Assembly: GCF_009914755.1 (NCBI RefSeq)
Contig: NC_060933.1
Length of the DNA stretch: 64,000 nt
Strand: one strand, 5' to 3'
Source: the human T2T-CHM13v2.0 reference genome, Homo sapiens
Below the pieces are notes generated by a model. The model made no database searches. It was not told the DNA's origin and was given only the letters and a program-made list of their open reading frames with translations. Position 1 is the first letter of the stretch, and each line of letters starts with the position of its first letter. A program made the position numbers and the translations under genes. Shown one piece after another: positions 40,400 through 54,454 of the stretch.

Positions 40400-41180
40400 A
40401 GTACTTAACATTTGGGAGTAACTTACTATGTCCCTACCATTTTTCTAAGTAGTTAAATATATAACTCATTTGATCCTTACAACAACCTTATGTGGTGGAT
40501 AAAATTATTTGTATATTATAGATGAGGAATGTGAAACACAGAAATTATATATCTTGTTCAAGTTCACATAGACTGTAAATTCTAGAGTTGGCTTTGAAAG
40601 CAGACTTCATGACTCCAGACCTTATGTTACTATGCTCTGCTGTAACAAGCAAGGATTTAACATTATTGCATCAGCATATTCCAAAAGACAAATGTAATTC
40701 GATTAAAGGAATTAAAATTTATGTGTAACTTTCACATACAGTCTTCCCTGTTCTAAACCCACCTCTGCCAACAAGGAAATATAGGTGAAATTATAAGGAA
40801 CTTACATGCTGTGAAATGGATTTCAAGTGATTTTAATAATAATAGCTCCTATTAATTGAGTTCCTAGTGTGTAGTAATTATATCTGTAATAATTATATCT
40901 CATTTAATCCTCACTATGTATTACCTATTATTTGTCTACATGGCGCACATGAGAAGTCTAACAGAAAAACTAACTCACCCAGAGTCATGTGGTTTATACT
41001 TGGTAGATGAGGAATTTTACTTGTATCTACCTGATTCCAAAGCCACTAAGTCTTAACCACAAACTATGTGCTAGACACTGTGTTGAGTACTTTACATGCA
41101 TTGCTAGATTAACACTCTGAATCACCTTATGAAACAAACATAAGTCCTCATTTAACAGATAAACATTTTGAGACATTAAG
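40400..41180 (+). mobile_element. Cluster of three MIR fragments
   Basis: Repeated tcatttgatccttacaacaacc / tcatttaatcctcac / cattttacagat-type cores. Confidence 0.7.
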
Positions 41181-43901
41181 TGAAGGAAAGGAAAAACAAG
41201 TCTTAGAGAAGCCCTGTAAATCTATTAAGCTAGGAGAAAAACTTAGCTTTTATACTTAACTGTGCTAATTATGATTTCCTCTCTTTTCTAATGAAGAATA
41301 TTTCTAAATTTATAAGTAATATTAAAATATAAAATAAGAAACAAAATGCTAATGTGCTTTCATTTAACTTTTCAATTAAGAAAATATGTTTGGAACCTTC
41401 ATCCTATGATCCTTTCCTAGCTTTACTGAAGAAAAGAAGTGTTACTAATTTTACTAAAATATCGGAGAATTTTAGTAACCTATAGTTAATAATGGAGGGT
41501 TATCCTGAACCTATTCAAGTCAAATGTTTTTCGACTTTTTGTTTTCTCAGCCCTGAGCAGAAACTTCCTTTTTGGACTCACCCTGGGCAGGCCTACTCTT
41601 GCTGTGACTGTAACGGGGTCAGGAAGTTAGAATTCAATGAAGAGAATGCAAAAAGCCTCACCTGAGCCTTGGGCCTGGGTTGCATTTTCCAAGTATCTTT
41701 GGGACTCTTCAATAGAAGTAGAGATTACTTATTCAGCCACTAACAAGGCATTTTCATTATCATTCTGCTTTGTTTCTTACATATATTTCTCAGATCAGAA
41801 TCCCACTGAGAGGGGTTCCTTTCATCATAATGATGTGAAATCTCCACTAATAACTTTAAAAGTGCGTATTAAGAAAAGGCATTATTACGTTGTCTATATG
41901 TCCAACGAATTTATCAATAGTGTTTAACGTTGCATCACAGGGTCCCCTTCAGGCAGCTTCAAGGAAGAGACTAGGGTTCCTATGAAGAAACAGGAACATT
42001 TTATATGCTTGCAACCTTCAAGCTGGAGTGGTTTGAAAGAATGAAAATCTTTTCAAACCTTTTTGTTTGCTTGTTTCTTTGTAAACTCCAATTGGTTTAA
42101 GTGTCTAATCTTTATAGAAGGAGATGAGCCATCTCATGAAGGGATGAATTAAGACTCTAAAATTTCTGCAAAGGAGCTGCAAGAACAAGGGAGGTAGCTG
42201 GATCCTGGATGTTAGGAAACTTGCCCTGCTGTGTTAATGATCTGAAAATGGGACAAACACCTGCTTTACAGGAGCATCTTAGCAGGTGCAGCAATCTTTC
42301 CTGGAGTGAAGGTAACAAGGAAGTCCCTTTATGGGGCCAAGTATGACTCATCATAATCTGTGACAAAGAGTTGGCTTACCCTGACTCCCTCTTGCTAGCC
42401 TCCATATACTAATTCTCTCTATTTTCTCCATTTTTTTTTTTTTGGCACATCAAACAGTTTGAAAGTTGCTTACATTTCTCTTGACCAAACAATACTTCTC
42501 CCTTAATCTAGCTGGAAATAGTCTTAAAAATCTCCACATTTCACACTTCATTGGAGAAGTGTTTATAGCCCATCTTAAAACCCAAACAGACTCCCAAGTG
42601 GAAAACTTATGAAACCATCATTATTCATTCACACCTTGGTGTGAATTAGCTCATCAGAGCCATTACCTGGCAACACTGGGAGAGCTTGGTGATTTATGAT
42701 CTGAGATGAAGGAGAACTTGGTATTGATTAATGGTAATGGCCTGGAGAATGCAAGAATGTCGAGAAGGGCATTGGCCCCCTCAAAGGGCAAGGGCAAAGC
42801 CAAGGGAAGATTTCATAGCAGAGGCTAAGAAACGCTCGGAAGCCAATCTATCTGGATATGCATTTTGCTTTCACTGTTTATCCTATGTGATCACTGTATG
42901 TGATGAAGTTATTGTTACTGCTGTTGTCTGGTCATTCACATTGTTATTTTAATATTATGTGAGCAATCCCCTAAATAAAAAGATGCAATTCGCATAGTTC
43001 AAGAAACGTGAGTAAGCTTTTTGAATAAAGATGTTTTAAATGCCAAGGCAGTAGTGTTTAGGAAAAATGATCAGACTTTGATTTAGTGACTGTAATCAAG
43101 ATATCAAATTTTGGAATCAACTGTTTTATCTGTAATTTGGAGCTGGTGATTCCTACCCCAAAAGTGTAGTGTTGAAGATTTAATGTGATAATTCATGTGA
43201 AAATTCATATGAAACTAAAAAGATTATATGTGTATGCTATTAAATAATTTTATAGAAAAAACACTGAAAAGAATCTATTGACACGTATTCAAGCTGTTGA
43301 GGCTTAGTTGTTAATCATATTTGAGTAAAACTTCACAAACAGAAATACTTTACAATTCTCTCTCATCCTCACCTCTATTCATTTTTAAGATGCTGGCAGG
43401 CATCATGAGACAGAACAGCTTAAGTTGCCTCTGTAACTGCCTTTCCTCTTGTTCTTCCAGTTGGTCCAGCTAATTGTTTTCGGATGAGCCGCTAAACTTT
43501 CATATATTTTGTGCCCGTTATGTTCATGTTAGAGACCAGACTTCCCTCTGAGACTTAGGATTTTCAATTTTTGTCTCAAGGAAGTCTAAAATTGTGAAAA
43601 AAAAAAAAAGAGTCCTAAGTCATAGCTTCTTTTGGCTGTTATAAAGTACATAATATGCCAGGAAAAAAAAAATAGTAAAAAAACTCTCTTCCTGTTAACT
43701 CTGGAAAGAAAAAGGACTCTGATTTACATGAACCTGGGTCAAAAATTTGCACCTTTGAGATGTGCTTGAGAAGTAAAATCACTATCTTCTGTGGAGAAAA
43801 TTGATTTCAGGAAAACAATACTATTCAGTTAATGCAATCCACTTTGTTTTGACTGTTTCAAAGTTATCTTGTAATTCTTAGGAGATTCTAGCGCAAGCAT
43901 T

Positions 43902-44264
43902 CTATCTTAGTCTGTTCATACTGATGTAACAAAAATAGCATAAACTGAGTGGCTTAAATTCTGTGGCTTATAAACCACAGAATTTAATTCCGTACAATTC
44001 TGAAGGCTGGAAATTCCAAGTTTAAGGCCCCAGCAGGTCCCATTTCCTGGTTCATAAACAGACCCTCCTTGCTGTGCCCTCACAATAGCAGAAAGGCAAA
44101 GGGTCTCTTAGGCCTCTTCTTAAAGAACACTAATATAATTTATAAAGGCTCTTCCCCCATTACCTAATCACTCCCCCAAAACCCCACTTTCTAATACTAT
44201 CATCTTGGAATTAAGATTTCAGCATATAAATTTTATGTGGGACACAAGCATTCAAACTATAGCA
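43902..44264 (-). mobile_element. MaLR LTR, MLT1A/MSTD-like
   Basis: tcttagtctgttc...cataaactgagtggctta...gggacacaagcattcaaactatagca. Confidence 0.85.
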
Positions 44265-45755
44265 GGTTCAAAACAAGGAGTTCATTTATCAGAATGTGAA
44301 AAATCATGTTTATATTTTTTATCACAGCCAGAATATGAATACTAACATTCTGACTCCATAGTCATTTGTTCTTAATAATTATTTCATTGGCTGAGGAACA
44401 AGGACAGGAGAGAGATGGAAGGGTGGGAAGTATAATTTTAGATATATAAAATAGCCCAGGTAGAATGAAAGTTGTAGTTTGGGGGGAGAGTGAAGAAGGT
44501 TTTCTTTTAGAGGTAGAATAGATCGTTTTGGGTGGTGTGAAATGTGTGAGATACGTTCTTGGGTATAAGAGACTAGTTTGTGGCAGATTAATCCTTCTTC
44601 CAATAATAATTTTAAAATGTGAAACTAATAATAAAATAATAACAATAACAAAAATATCTATTTTTAAGGCATTGGGTAGGTATCATGAAAACTAGAATTT
44701 ATGGAACAAAAGCTTAGGAAGAAGGGAAACACATTGAAAAATATTCTTAGCTGCTTTGTCCATCATGTCATTTTCTGATTAACACAATATTGCCAGAATT
44801 GGGGAAACTGTGCAGTTAGTGGCTACTAATAGACAGAAAAAAAATGAGTCCCAAATTGTGGTACTCCTACACAGCTGGGAAAACAAAAGTCTTTGTTAAG
44901 TGCTACCAAAAAGCTTGACCTTGAGGGGATAAAATTCCAGAGAGTAAGGAAATGCAGAGAAGTAAATCTAAAAATGAAAGAGACAAAAATGGTCATAAAG
45001 CCAATGAAACAATAGAACACAAATAGGAAGATGATAGATATAAGCACAGTATTTTAGTAATTATATTAAATGTAAGTGTAATAATACTATAAATACAAGA
45101 AAAAAACTGTTAGAATCAACTAAAAATATACATGCTGCTTATAAGAGAAAATAAGAAATTGGACACAAAACTTGAAAATAATGGGATACTATATATACAT
45201 ATATATATGATACAAATACTAATTAAATAAGGCTATGTAACTATTCTAACACCTAAAGAGCAGATTAAAATTAGAATAGACAAATTTATAGTCTTAGTGA
45301 ACAATTTTAACATATCTCTCTTGATAAATAATAGAATCAGCACACAGCGTAAAAACTAGTGAGGATTCAGAAGATAGGAAGAACTAAATTAGCAAATGAT
45401 ATCAGGTTCATAAAGAAGAATGTAGGACTGAACAATTACAGAATGTATATTCTTGTCAAGAGTACAAGAAACATCTATCAAAATTAATCATATGTGAGAC
45501 AATAAAGCAAATCTCAAAAAGTTTCAAAGAATTAAAGTCATACAGAGTGTATTTCTTTTTTTGCCCACAGTGGAATTAACTTACAAATTAATAATAAAAA
45601 AGGTAACTAAAAATGCCTAAAGGTTTGGAAATTAAGCAGTGTACTTATTAAAAACTTAAAGTCAGGGAAAACTTCTAACAGAAATTAAATTCGACAAATC
45701 TATTTCCCACCCACATGGTAGGATATGTGTCCACGTATTGAAATAAATAAATACT

Positions 45756-46072
45756 GGCTGGGTTTTGCTGTTCATGCTTTTAATCCCTACATTTTGAGAG
45801 GCCAAGGCGGGAAGATCACTTGAGCCCAGGATCTTGAGACCAGTCTGAGCAACACAGGGAGACCTGCATCTCTACCAAAAACAAAAACAAAAACAAAATT
45901 AGCCAGATGTGGTGGTGTATGCCTGTTGTCCCATCTACTCAGGGAGTGGAGGTAGCAGGCTCCCTGGGAGCCGGGAGTTACAGGCTACAGTGACTGTTGA
46001 TTGTACCACTGCACTCCAGCCTGGACGAAAGAGTGAGAACCTGTCTCTAAATAAATAAATAAATAAATAAAT
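45756..46072 (+). mobile_element. AluJ with (TAAA)n tail
   Basis: gatcacttgagcccagg...caggctacagtga. Confidence 0.92.
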
Positions 46073-46078
46073 GAAAGA

Positions 46079-46407
<329 letters not shown>

Positions 46408-47108
46408 ATTGGAAAAATATTTGTTCTCTACAAGTCAAATTACACGTTTAATGCCCTTCTCATCAAAACAACAGGAACTTTTTTTTTAACAAATGGATAA
46501 GTAGATTTTAAAATTTATATGAAAACACAAAAGTTAAAAAATATCTGCATAAGTCTTGAAGGAAAATGAACAAAATTGAAGAACATGGGCTACCTACCGT
46601 ATGTCAATCCTAGCATGTCATTAAATATTATATTCACTATTATATGGTATTTGAACAAAAATAGAGCAATAGGAAACAAAAAAAGAGTGACTCCAGAATC
46701 AGACCCACACATAATTATTTAAGACCAATTAATTCCATCAGTGCAATGGTGAAAAGTGTTCTTTTCAATATATTTAGCTGAGTCAGTTGGATCTTCTTGG
46801 TGGAGAAAAGAGAAGAAACCTTCACTCTGACTTCAAAATGTTAAAAAGTAATCACTTTCAGGTGGATTATAGATATAAATATAAAAAATAGAGCAAAAGG
46901 AATTTCTACAACATGAAATAAAAACATATCTTCATAAACTTGGAATAAGGAAAGATATTTTCATTGGACACAAAAGGCACCACAAATTTAAAAGGTAAAT
47001 TATACTATATTAAAATTAAAAACATGTTTTCATCAAAAGGTACCATTACAAGAATGAAAACACAACCACTAAGTGGTAGAAGACTTTGTAGTGCATCTAT
47101 TTGAAAAC

Positions 47109-47141
<33 letters not shown>

Positions 47142-48729
47142 CTTTTAACCAACATAAAATTTTAAAAAGTTAAAGGAAGAAAACCAAGTAACAAAGTGGT
47201 CAAGGGACTTGGAGATACATTTTGCCAGGCAGGATATCTAAATGCATGGTAAGCATACACAAATGTGCTGAATCTCCTTAGTCCTTAGGAAACACAAATA
47301 AAATCTGCATCCACCAAGTTTGTTAAATGATAAAGACACAATGCTAAATGTTGGAGAGGATGTGGAGCAAATGGAATTCTTATACATTGCTATTAGAAAT
47401 ACATGTTTGGCAGATCAATAAAGCCAAATCTATGCATAATGTATGCAATACCATTCTATTCTTGAATATATTATTAACAAAAATGGGTAAAAACATTTAC
47501 TCACAGACATGTACATGAATGTTTTCAGCAACATTGTTTATAAAAACCCCAAACTGGAAACAACCCAAAGGCCCATAGTGGAATAGACAAATCGTGATAT
47601 ATTTATGTGAAGGAATTCTATACAACAAAGATAATGAACAATTTTATGCAACAAAGTGGGTAGATATCACCATATAACTTGGGGTAAGAAAACCCAGACA
47701 CAGATGATAAAATACTATATAATTCCATTAAACAGTATTTCAAAAATAGGCAAAACTAATCTGTGGTAACAGAAGTCGAGGCAGTATGCATCTTGGTGGT
47801 GGATGTTGGCTGGGAAGAACCACAAAGGGGTTTCTGAGATGTTGGAAATATTCTACGTCTTGGTCTAATTGGCAGTTATTGAACTGCAATTGTGAAAATT
47901 TATTGAGCTTTTTATCCATGACTTGTATATTTTTTATATGTCTGCTTATATCAATACAAATATTTGCTTAAAACATCTATGCAATAATGTGCAAAATGTT
48001 TATAGACAGCCAACAGAAAGCATGATTGAGAGAAGCAATAATCTGTTACTAGCTAGACAAATGTGTCAGCCATTTTCCCATATCTTTTACCTCCATTTCC
48101 ATAGAGGTGAAAAAATTAAAGATAACCAGTCAATGTTTTGATCTGGGATCCTATAACTCAGGGGGCCCTTGGGTTCCTATTGAATCTTATCTCACTCCAT
48201 GTCTTAACTTATCTAAATTTTTAAAAATTATTATGTACACCTAATACCATTTGCTTAGCCCAAAGGATAAATTTAATTAATATTTATTGGAACTATGGTT
48301 GATTCATAAGCTCAGGTTCTAGTTAATGCATAGATTAGACAGTGTACAGTATCAATATATTTTTCCAAGTTGTTCCAGCTTTGTCTCAATTCTTAATTTG
48401 CCTGCTGCTTTCCCTGATTCTTCATCTATTGATTGTTAAGACATCAGGGCCAAAAAAAAAAAAAAAAAAGCAAAAGTGATTGAGATTGAAACATTCTAAA
48501 TGTGGGCTCTCAGTGGATATCTCCTTTGTAATCTGGACTTCACTCCACAATTCACATACCAGTTCAGGTTCCGGGGCATATAGACATATCTCCAAGATCT
48601 ACCGTGCCCAGATTTTTACTCATCTATCAGGTTTCAACTTAAAGTCATTTTTTTTCCTCTGGGAAATTTTTTCCCCTAGATTATGTCTTCTAATTTACAC
48701 TTAAAAAAAAAAAAAAGAAAGCTTACTTC

Positions 48730-49603
48730 TATTGCGGGATCTGGCCAGCAGCCCACAACGCAATGGGGCTCACTCTTTTTTCCCAGGTGGATCGGCAGGT
48801 TGAGAAATAATAGACACACACAAGATAGTGAAAGCTGGGTCCGGGGGGGTCACTGCCTTCTGGTCCTGCAATGCCGCCAATGCACTGGATATACCAGCAT
48901 TTATTATTAAGTTTAGTGAGGGTTGGGGTAGGTTAGTGAGGGATTTAGGGTCATTTGACTATGAGGTGAGATGGTCACACGGGGATGAAGTAATTCTTTA
49001 ACATAACACCTGTATGCAGAAGTACAGTATGCAGAGATAAGAATTTACAATATAGTGTGTGCATAAGTAATTTCTAACAGAGCCTTAAAACAGAAACACC
49101 GTCTATCCATAACCTATGATTAGCAAGATATTAATCAGCAGTAACAGTTGCAGCGAAAGCTGGTTACAAACAATCCATAGAAACAGGACGTGAAGCTAGA
49201 CAACTGGTTAGACCAGAAATTCTCAGAAGGGAGTATGCCTTAACTTTAAAGAGGCCCAGAAGAGCCGTGGCAAGTTGAGGGCGTTTATAGCCCTATCTTA
49301 TCCATATGAACAGGCGCCCCTCATGAGTCCATTTATAGGCTCTCCACAAGGGTTGCATTCCATTTCCAGAGCTATGAACATCTGCTTTTCTGGGATAGGA
49401 ATCTTGGTGATGTGAAACCTCCCTGACTGCACGTTCATTCATAGGCTCTCTGCAGGGGGAAGCACATCACGTGCTGTTGGCTCATTCTGGCAGTCCAACC
49501 TGGCATTGTCTTTATACAGTCCTGCATGCAATTTTGTATTTACAATAATCAGGAGCATTTCATCTTTTATTCCGTAGCAATAATTTCAGGGGGTCTCCCT
49601 GCA
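48730..49603 (-). mobile_element. ERVK solo LTR, MER11D-like
   Basis: Minus 5' end TGCAGGGAGACCCCCTGAAATTATTGCTACGGAATAAAAGATG; 874 bp; TSD acttc at 48725-29 and 49604-08. Confidence 0.8.
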
Positions 49604-49608
49604 ACTTC

Positions 49609-49805
49609 GCCTACATAGTGCTTACTACAACTGTTATTACATATTTAATTGTGCATTTGTTTATTATCTGTATTTCCTGCTAGACCAGAAAATCAATGAC
49701 AGCAGAGCCCTGTCTGGTTTATTATTAAATTTTTAGTACCCAGGCAATTGCCTGTCATTTGTTGAAAAACATATTCAATGAATGTGAGACTGAAGGAATA
49801 AACGA
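49609..49805 (+). mobile_element. L2 3' end
   Basis: ctagaccag...cagcagagccctgtctggttt...aatgaatg. Confidence 0.7.
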
Positions 49806-50018
49806 ACTCACTTGACTTGTGGATTCTTGGATGTCTTGTCTTATATGCCTCATTGGATACTTAATACATGACATTTCAGAATTTGGAATGAGTCTTTGGG
49901 CTTCTTTACTGCTATTCTACTGACCCACTTAGATGCACTTTCTAAACTTAAACAGAAAAATCTGTTTTCTAAAGATTGAGCCACTGTCCCCAAGTTAGTA
50001 GCATTTTCAACTTCTAAG

Positions 50019-50247
50019 TCATGATTTCTAAAACTAGTCACTAGTAACATTTTGGGCCAAATAAGTCTCTGTCATGGAAAGCTTGTCATGAATTCTGCAA
50101 AATATTTAGTAGCATCCCAGCTCTATCTGCTGAGAGTCAGTTATGCAGCATCCCTATCTCTCTCCAGTTGTGCCAACCCAAAATGTCCATGGGGGTCAAC
50201 CCAAATGTCTCATGAGGGCCAAAATTGCCCCTGGTTGAGAATTACTG
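50019..50247. mobile_element. MER20
   Basis: tttagtagcatccc...gggccaaaattgcccctggttgagaattactg. Confidence 0.8.
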
Positions 50248-51319
50248 CTGCAAGGCGAGTTCCAGCTTTAAACAATAACATAAAAACAAGCTTTCATCTC
50301 AATCCTGAAATCTTTGATTTATATATGCAGATGCAGCTGAGAAGGTCTGATCAGGTTGCATTGTTTCCTCTTGGTTGGATTTCTCTGGCTGGCTAAAGTG
50401 ACCCATCTCTGGCTTCGTAACAGTTTTTTAATTGGGAAGAAACTGCTGTTTGAGGGCCTGATGTGTGCTCCAGAGAGTTTGGGATTGTTGGGTATTATGC
50501 GGAGTGTTCTGTTTTCCTGAAATGCCTGTATTAAAAAAAATTTCTAAATACTAGGATAATCCTTTATCCAACCCCCACATTGACACTCTGTTTGATGCAT
50601 CCCTTAAAAGGCTTAACAGTCTCCCCAGGCTAGTAAGCTGTAGGAAGTAGGAAAATAACCAAGAGACTTAAGTCTTTTATTTCACTTTATCTTTATTTTT
50701 TTTGACCCAAACTGCTTCTGTGTGAGTATGAATACCTATACAACAAAGGAAAGTAACATTAGGAGACAAAAGGAAATTTCCATTTTCAGGAATTATCACA
50801 ATGTAAAAAAGCTTGAATTGCCATGGAAACAGCCTAGTCACATCACATTGAGTGGTTATTTTTCCAAAGGAGTCCTTGAGACATCTTTTGTTTCATTGAA
50901 ATTGGGTGGAGATGGGTCAAGTGAGTCAGAGAAGTGGGGGATGAGAGAATTTTTTTTTATCACTGCCATTCAGAGAGCTGGCATCTGCTGAGGGGGATAT
51001 ATTCAGTTGCTTTTTCCTAAAGATCTTTTTACCCCAGAATGATTTGAATGAGTGTCTTCCAGGGTAGAGTGGTAAACAGGGAAAAATGCAGAATTTCATT
51101 GAAAATGAAGATATTTTGCTTAAGGGACATCACTGTAGTCATCTGAGGGAATCAGAGAGAAGCTGAAGATCTGAAGACAGATGCATCCTGAGCTGCCTCT
51201 GATTCAGGCCTGCACACCCACCCACAAGAAGTCTGGAGCCCATTCTCGTGGCTACAACTTAAGTTTAGGTCAACATCAATTCTTTGGATCACTGCAAAGA
51301 GACTCCCGATTTATGTTAC

Positions 51320-52031
51320 CATCATCCAGATTCACCTCTCCTTAATTATTTCTTTAATGAAGTCAAAGTGGTCTTTTAAAAATGTAACTCTGATCACACC
51401 ACTGCTTAAATTAAAATTACTAATAGATTGCCTTTTGAAAGTGAAGATATTTTGCTTAAGAGACATCACTGTAGTCATCTGAGGGAATCAGAGAGAAGCT
51501 GAAGATCTGAGGACAGATGCTTCCTGAGCTGTGCTCAGGATCCGTGAGTTCTGATCCAGCTCACAATCCGCCTCCTGCTAACATGTTCTGGTTTGGCTTC
51601 ATCTTTGTTCCCCTCATTTTCTAAATTCCAGCATGATCAAATTTTCTTTACTTTTCTCTCACCTTTACCCTATGTTCATTTCTTCATTCTCCCAGACTAA
51701 AAAGACCTTATGAGTTTCTGGCCCCTCTACCCTATACTCCTTGATTCTTCTTTAATGTCCATTCTGGGCTGTTACCTACTCAAGTGCTACCTCTTTCCAA
51801 ACCCTGTTGTCCATGCATCAAATGCAAAATTAAATGAGGACATCTTTTATGCTTTCTCCAGGAACTTCTCCCATATTATATTAAATTCATATGTCTACTT
51901 TTTCATCATCTGTACTGAGAGCTCATTGCAGGTAGAAGCTATGTTGTATCTATCTCTTTGTCTTCAGTTTCTACTGTCAAAGTACCAAATTGATGCTCAG
52001 TAATTTATTGTTGAATGAATAAATGAATGAC
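51320..52031 (+). mobile_element. L2 3' region
   Basis: gtggtcttttaaaaatgtaactctgatcac...gatgctcagtaatttattgttgaatgaataaatgaatga. Confidence 0.75.
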
Positions 52032-52035
52032 TTAA

Positions 52036-52326
52036 TAAGACACCAGGTATTAAGGGGTCCCTGGAGAACCTCTGACCAGCCTGTGCTCTGGGAGAAAAGA
52101 GCAGAGCCACAGGAGTTTGTGTCATTTGCAGAGGGGAGGATCCTGGCCTCTTGAGTTCCTGTGTGGTGGGGCAGGAGCTGGTTAACAGGCTTCCCTCTCA
52201 CTCTGCTGAAAGTTTTTCTCTTTTTTCTTTTTTGCCCAGTAAATTCCATTTCCCCTCACCCTTTAAAGCATCTATGAGCCTAATCTTTCCTGGTCATGTG
52301 ACAATAACCCAGATTTTCCTGCAACA
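52036..52326 (+). mobile_element. ERV1 solo LTR, MER61-like, internally shortened
   Basis: taagacaccagg...ggggtccctggagaac...ctggtcatgtgacaataacccagattttcctgcaaca; 4-bp TSD ttaa. Confidence 0.78.
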
Positions 52327-52499
52327 TTAATACAGAAATATATGAATAAGTGAATGAATTCATGAATTATTAAATAACATCCAACATTCTATTCCATTCA
52401 TAAACAAAGTCCTATATTCTTTCACCTTACTACTACTGTGCTACTTATGTACTCTATTTTTGAATTTAAACATTTCTTGACACTTAGCCTATCTTCCTT

Positions 52500-52620
52500 C
52501 ATGATTTTCCTCCATGCTTCCTCCCTCTTTCCCTGACTTCTTTCTTCTCTCCCTTTTCTCTCTTCTCCTTCACTCTATCTGTTCCTTTCTTCCTCTTTTA
52601 CGTTCTTTCTTCCTTTCCCC
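52500..52620 (+). repeat. CT-rich low-complexity tract
   Basis: Near-pure pyrimidine run. Confidence 0.8.
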
Positions 52621-52621
52621 A

Positions 52622-53110
52622 TTATTCATTCAACACATGTTAATTGAAAGTCTATCATGTGCTAGACACTATACAAAGCTCTGAAGAAATGGACATACAA
52701 CTTTAGTTCTAGTGGAGAGGCAGACATAAATACACAATGATGAACAGTGATGCATATGCTAAAAGGATAGAAAGAAATACTCTGTTAGAGAATGAAGAGG
52801 TGGAGGCTATTTTATTTTATATAATCAAGAAAGGCTTTCCTGAGTATATAGAAGACATTTAAATTGGCCCTGAAACATGAGAAGTTTCTATGCATATGGT
52901 GGGTGGGTGCAAAATTATTTCAGACAGAGGAAACAGTGCGTGCACAGATCTCACTCAGAAGAAAGAGCCACTGTATCACAGGGAGGAATGGGGGAATGAA
53001 TGGCTGGAAATAAAGTTGGAGAGACGGGCAGAGACCTGAAAATTCAGTTTGTTGTACTTTTCTCCTAAGATGTGTGGAGTTTTTATCATATAAAGAAAAG
53101 CTATTTTTGA
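52622..53110 (-). mobile_element. L2 3' end
   Basis: ttcattcaacacatgttaattgaaagtctatcatgtgctagacact. Confidence 0.8.
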
Positions 53111-53264
53111 TAAATACTTTTAATTTCCTACCTAAGTGGCATTCCTTCTGCTCCCCCTTTTCTTTGTTTTAATTGTTATTGTTATTAGAATCCTGCTTTA
53201 TTCAGAATTCCAACCCTCAGGAAGATTTTTTTCAGCTCTAGAGCAAACTTGGTTAATCTAAATT

Positions 53265-53465
53265 AGTAATGTATTAAAACATGTTTAGCTACTAACTTTT
53301 CAGAGGGTATGAAAGCCTAATTTGTAGCACTTTCCAGTTTTTGTGGTGTAAATACTTCCATGGTGGTCATTTTCAGGCAAGTGACATCAATTGGTTAGCA
53401 AAATTCCTGAAAACTTAGCAATGTGTTCTCATGAGCCAGCATAACTGGGCCCTAGCATGCCACTG
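53265..53465. mobile_element. MER63-like hAT element inside an old MLT1 LTR (~53110-53750)
   Basis: gcaaaattcctgaaaacttagcaat...gagccagcataactgggccctagcatgccactg. Confidence 0.7.
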
Positions 53466-54074
53466 GAAACCAATTATAATCATCCCACTGCCCCTGAAAG
53501 TGATTCATGTAGAAACAGGCATGTGAACGCTTCTAGCCAGTTAACTGTGATGAGATGTGAGGAAGAGCTGAGAAAGGTTTTCTTAGTCATAGAAAGAAGC
53601 TCATAGGAAAGACAGATCTTTCTCCCTCCATGGGACAAGCTCATATTATTACATGACACATGGAGCCACGTTAGCCCTAACTTTCACTCCTACTCCATCA
53701 GTCTCAAGCAAGCCTGGATTTCGGTGACCAATTTAGGCATGAACTACTTTGGCTTATTATTCCAGAAGGCTCTCTCCAGTGCCTAGTGAGTGAGTATGAG
53801 AACACATTCTAGAGATATGGAGGAGACATTAACTTATGCAACCTCTTATTTCATATGGGAAAAAGGTGATTGAGATGAGGAAACAACATGATTTGTCAAG
53901 CATCACATAGCTCTTTAATGGCATAGGTGTCTATAGGCCCCATTTCTTTAATTTTATTATTACTGTTTTAATTTATAATTTGTTATCTATGATTAATGTT
54001 TATTACTACTATTTTATCCATTGTTCTACACTGAAAAGACATATAGGTGAATATACGATGTCAGAGACAAGACA

Positions 54075-54246
54075 GGAGGGAGGATGCATGGGAAGGCTGG
54101 AAGGTTACCTATTGGACACTATGCTCACTACCTTGTTTACAAGATCATTTGTACACCAAGCCAAAGTGACATGAAATTTACCCATGTAACAAACCTACAT
54201 ATGTACCCCCGAACCTAAAACAAACATACAAAAAAAAAAAAAAAAA
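54075..54246 (+). mobile_element. Short L1PB/L1PA17-like 3' end with poly(A)
   Basis: tttacccatgtaacaaacctacatatgtacccc; TSD agaga(c/g)aagaca at 54063 and 54247. Confidence 0.85.
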
Positions 54247-54454
54247 AGAGAGAAGACATCAGAGGTAACAAGTAGAGAACCATTTTGATTTGATTCTGTA
54301 TTGAGGATTCTCTAGTGTTTTCACTGGTCAGAGCCTAAACTCAAAACAAAATATAATAGAACCATTTAAATATTGTAGGGCACTCATTATATTAATCAAA
54401 GCAGCATAGAATGTTCAATTTTACTGAACCATCACAGCATTAATTTTTATAATC

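Noticed and set aside
50174-50222. Small tandem duplication (caacccaaaatgtc...) in MER20
   Set aside because: Routine slippage-scale event in a neutral repeat
52036-52326. p53 response element in the MER61-like LTR
   Set aside because: Some MER61 subfamilies carry p53 sites, but I see no paired RRRCWWGYYY half-sites in this copy
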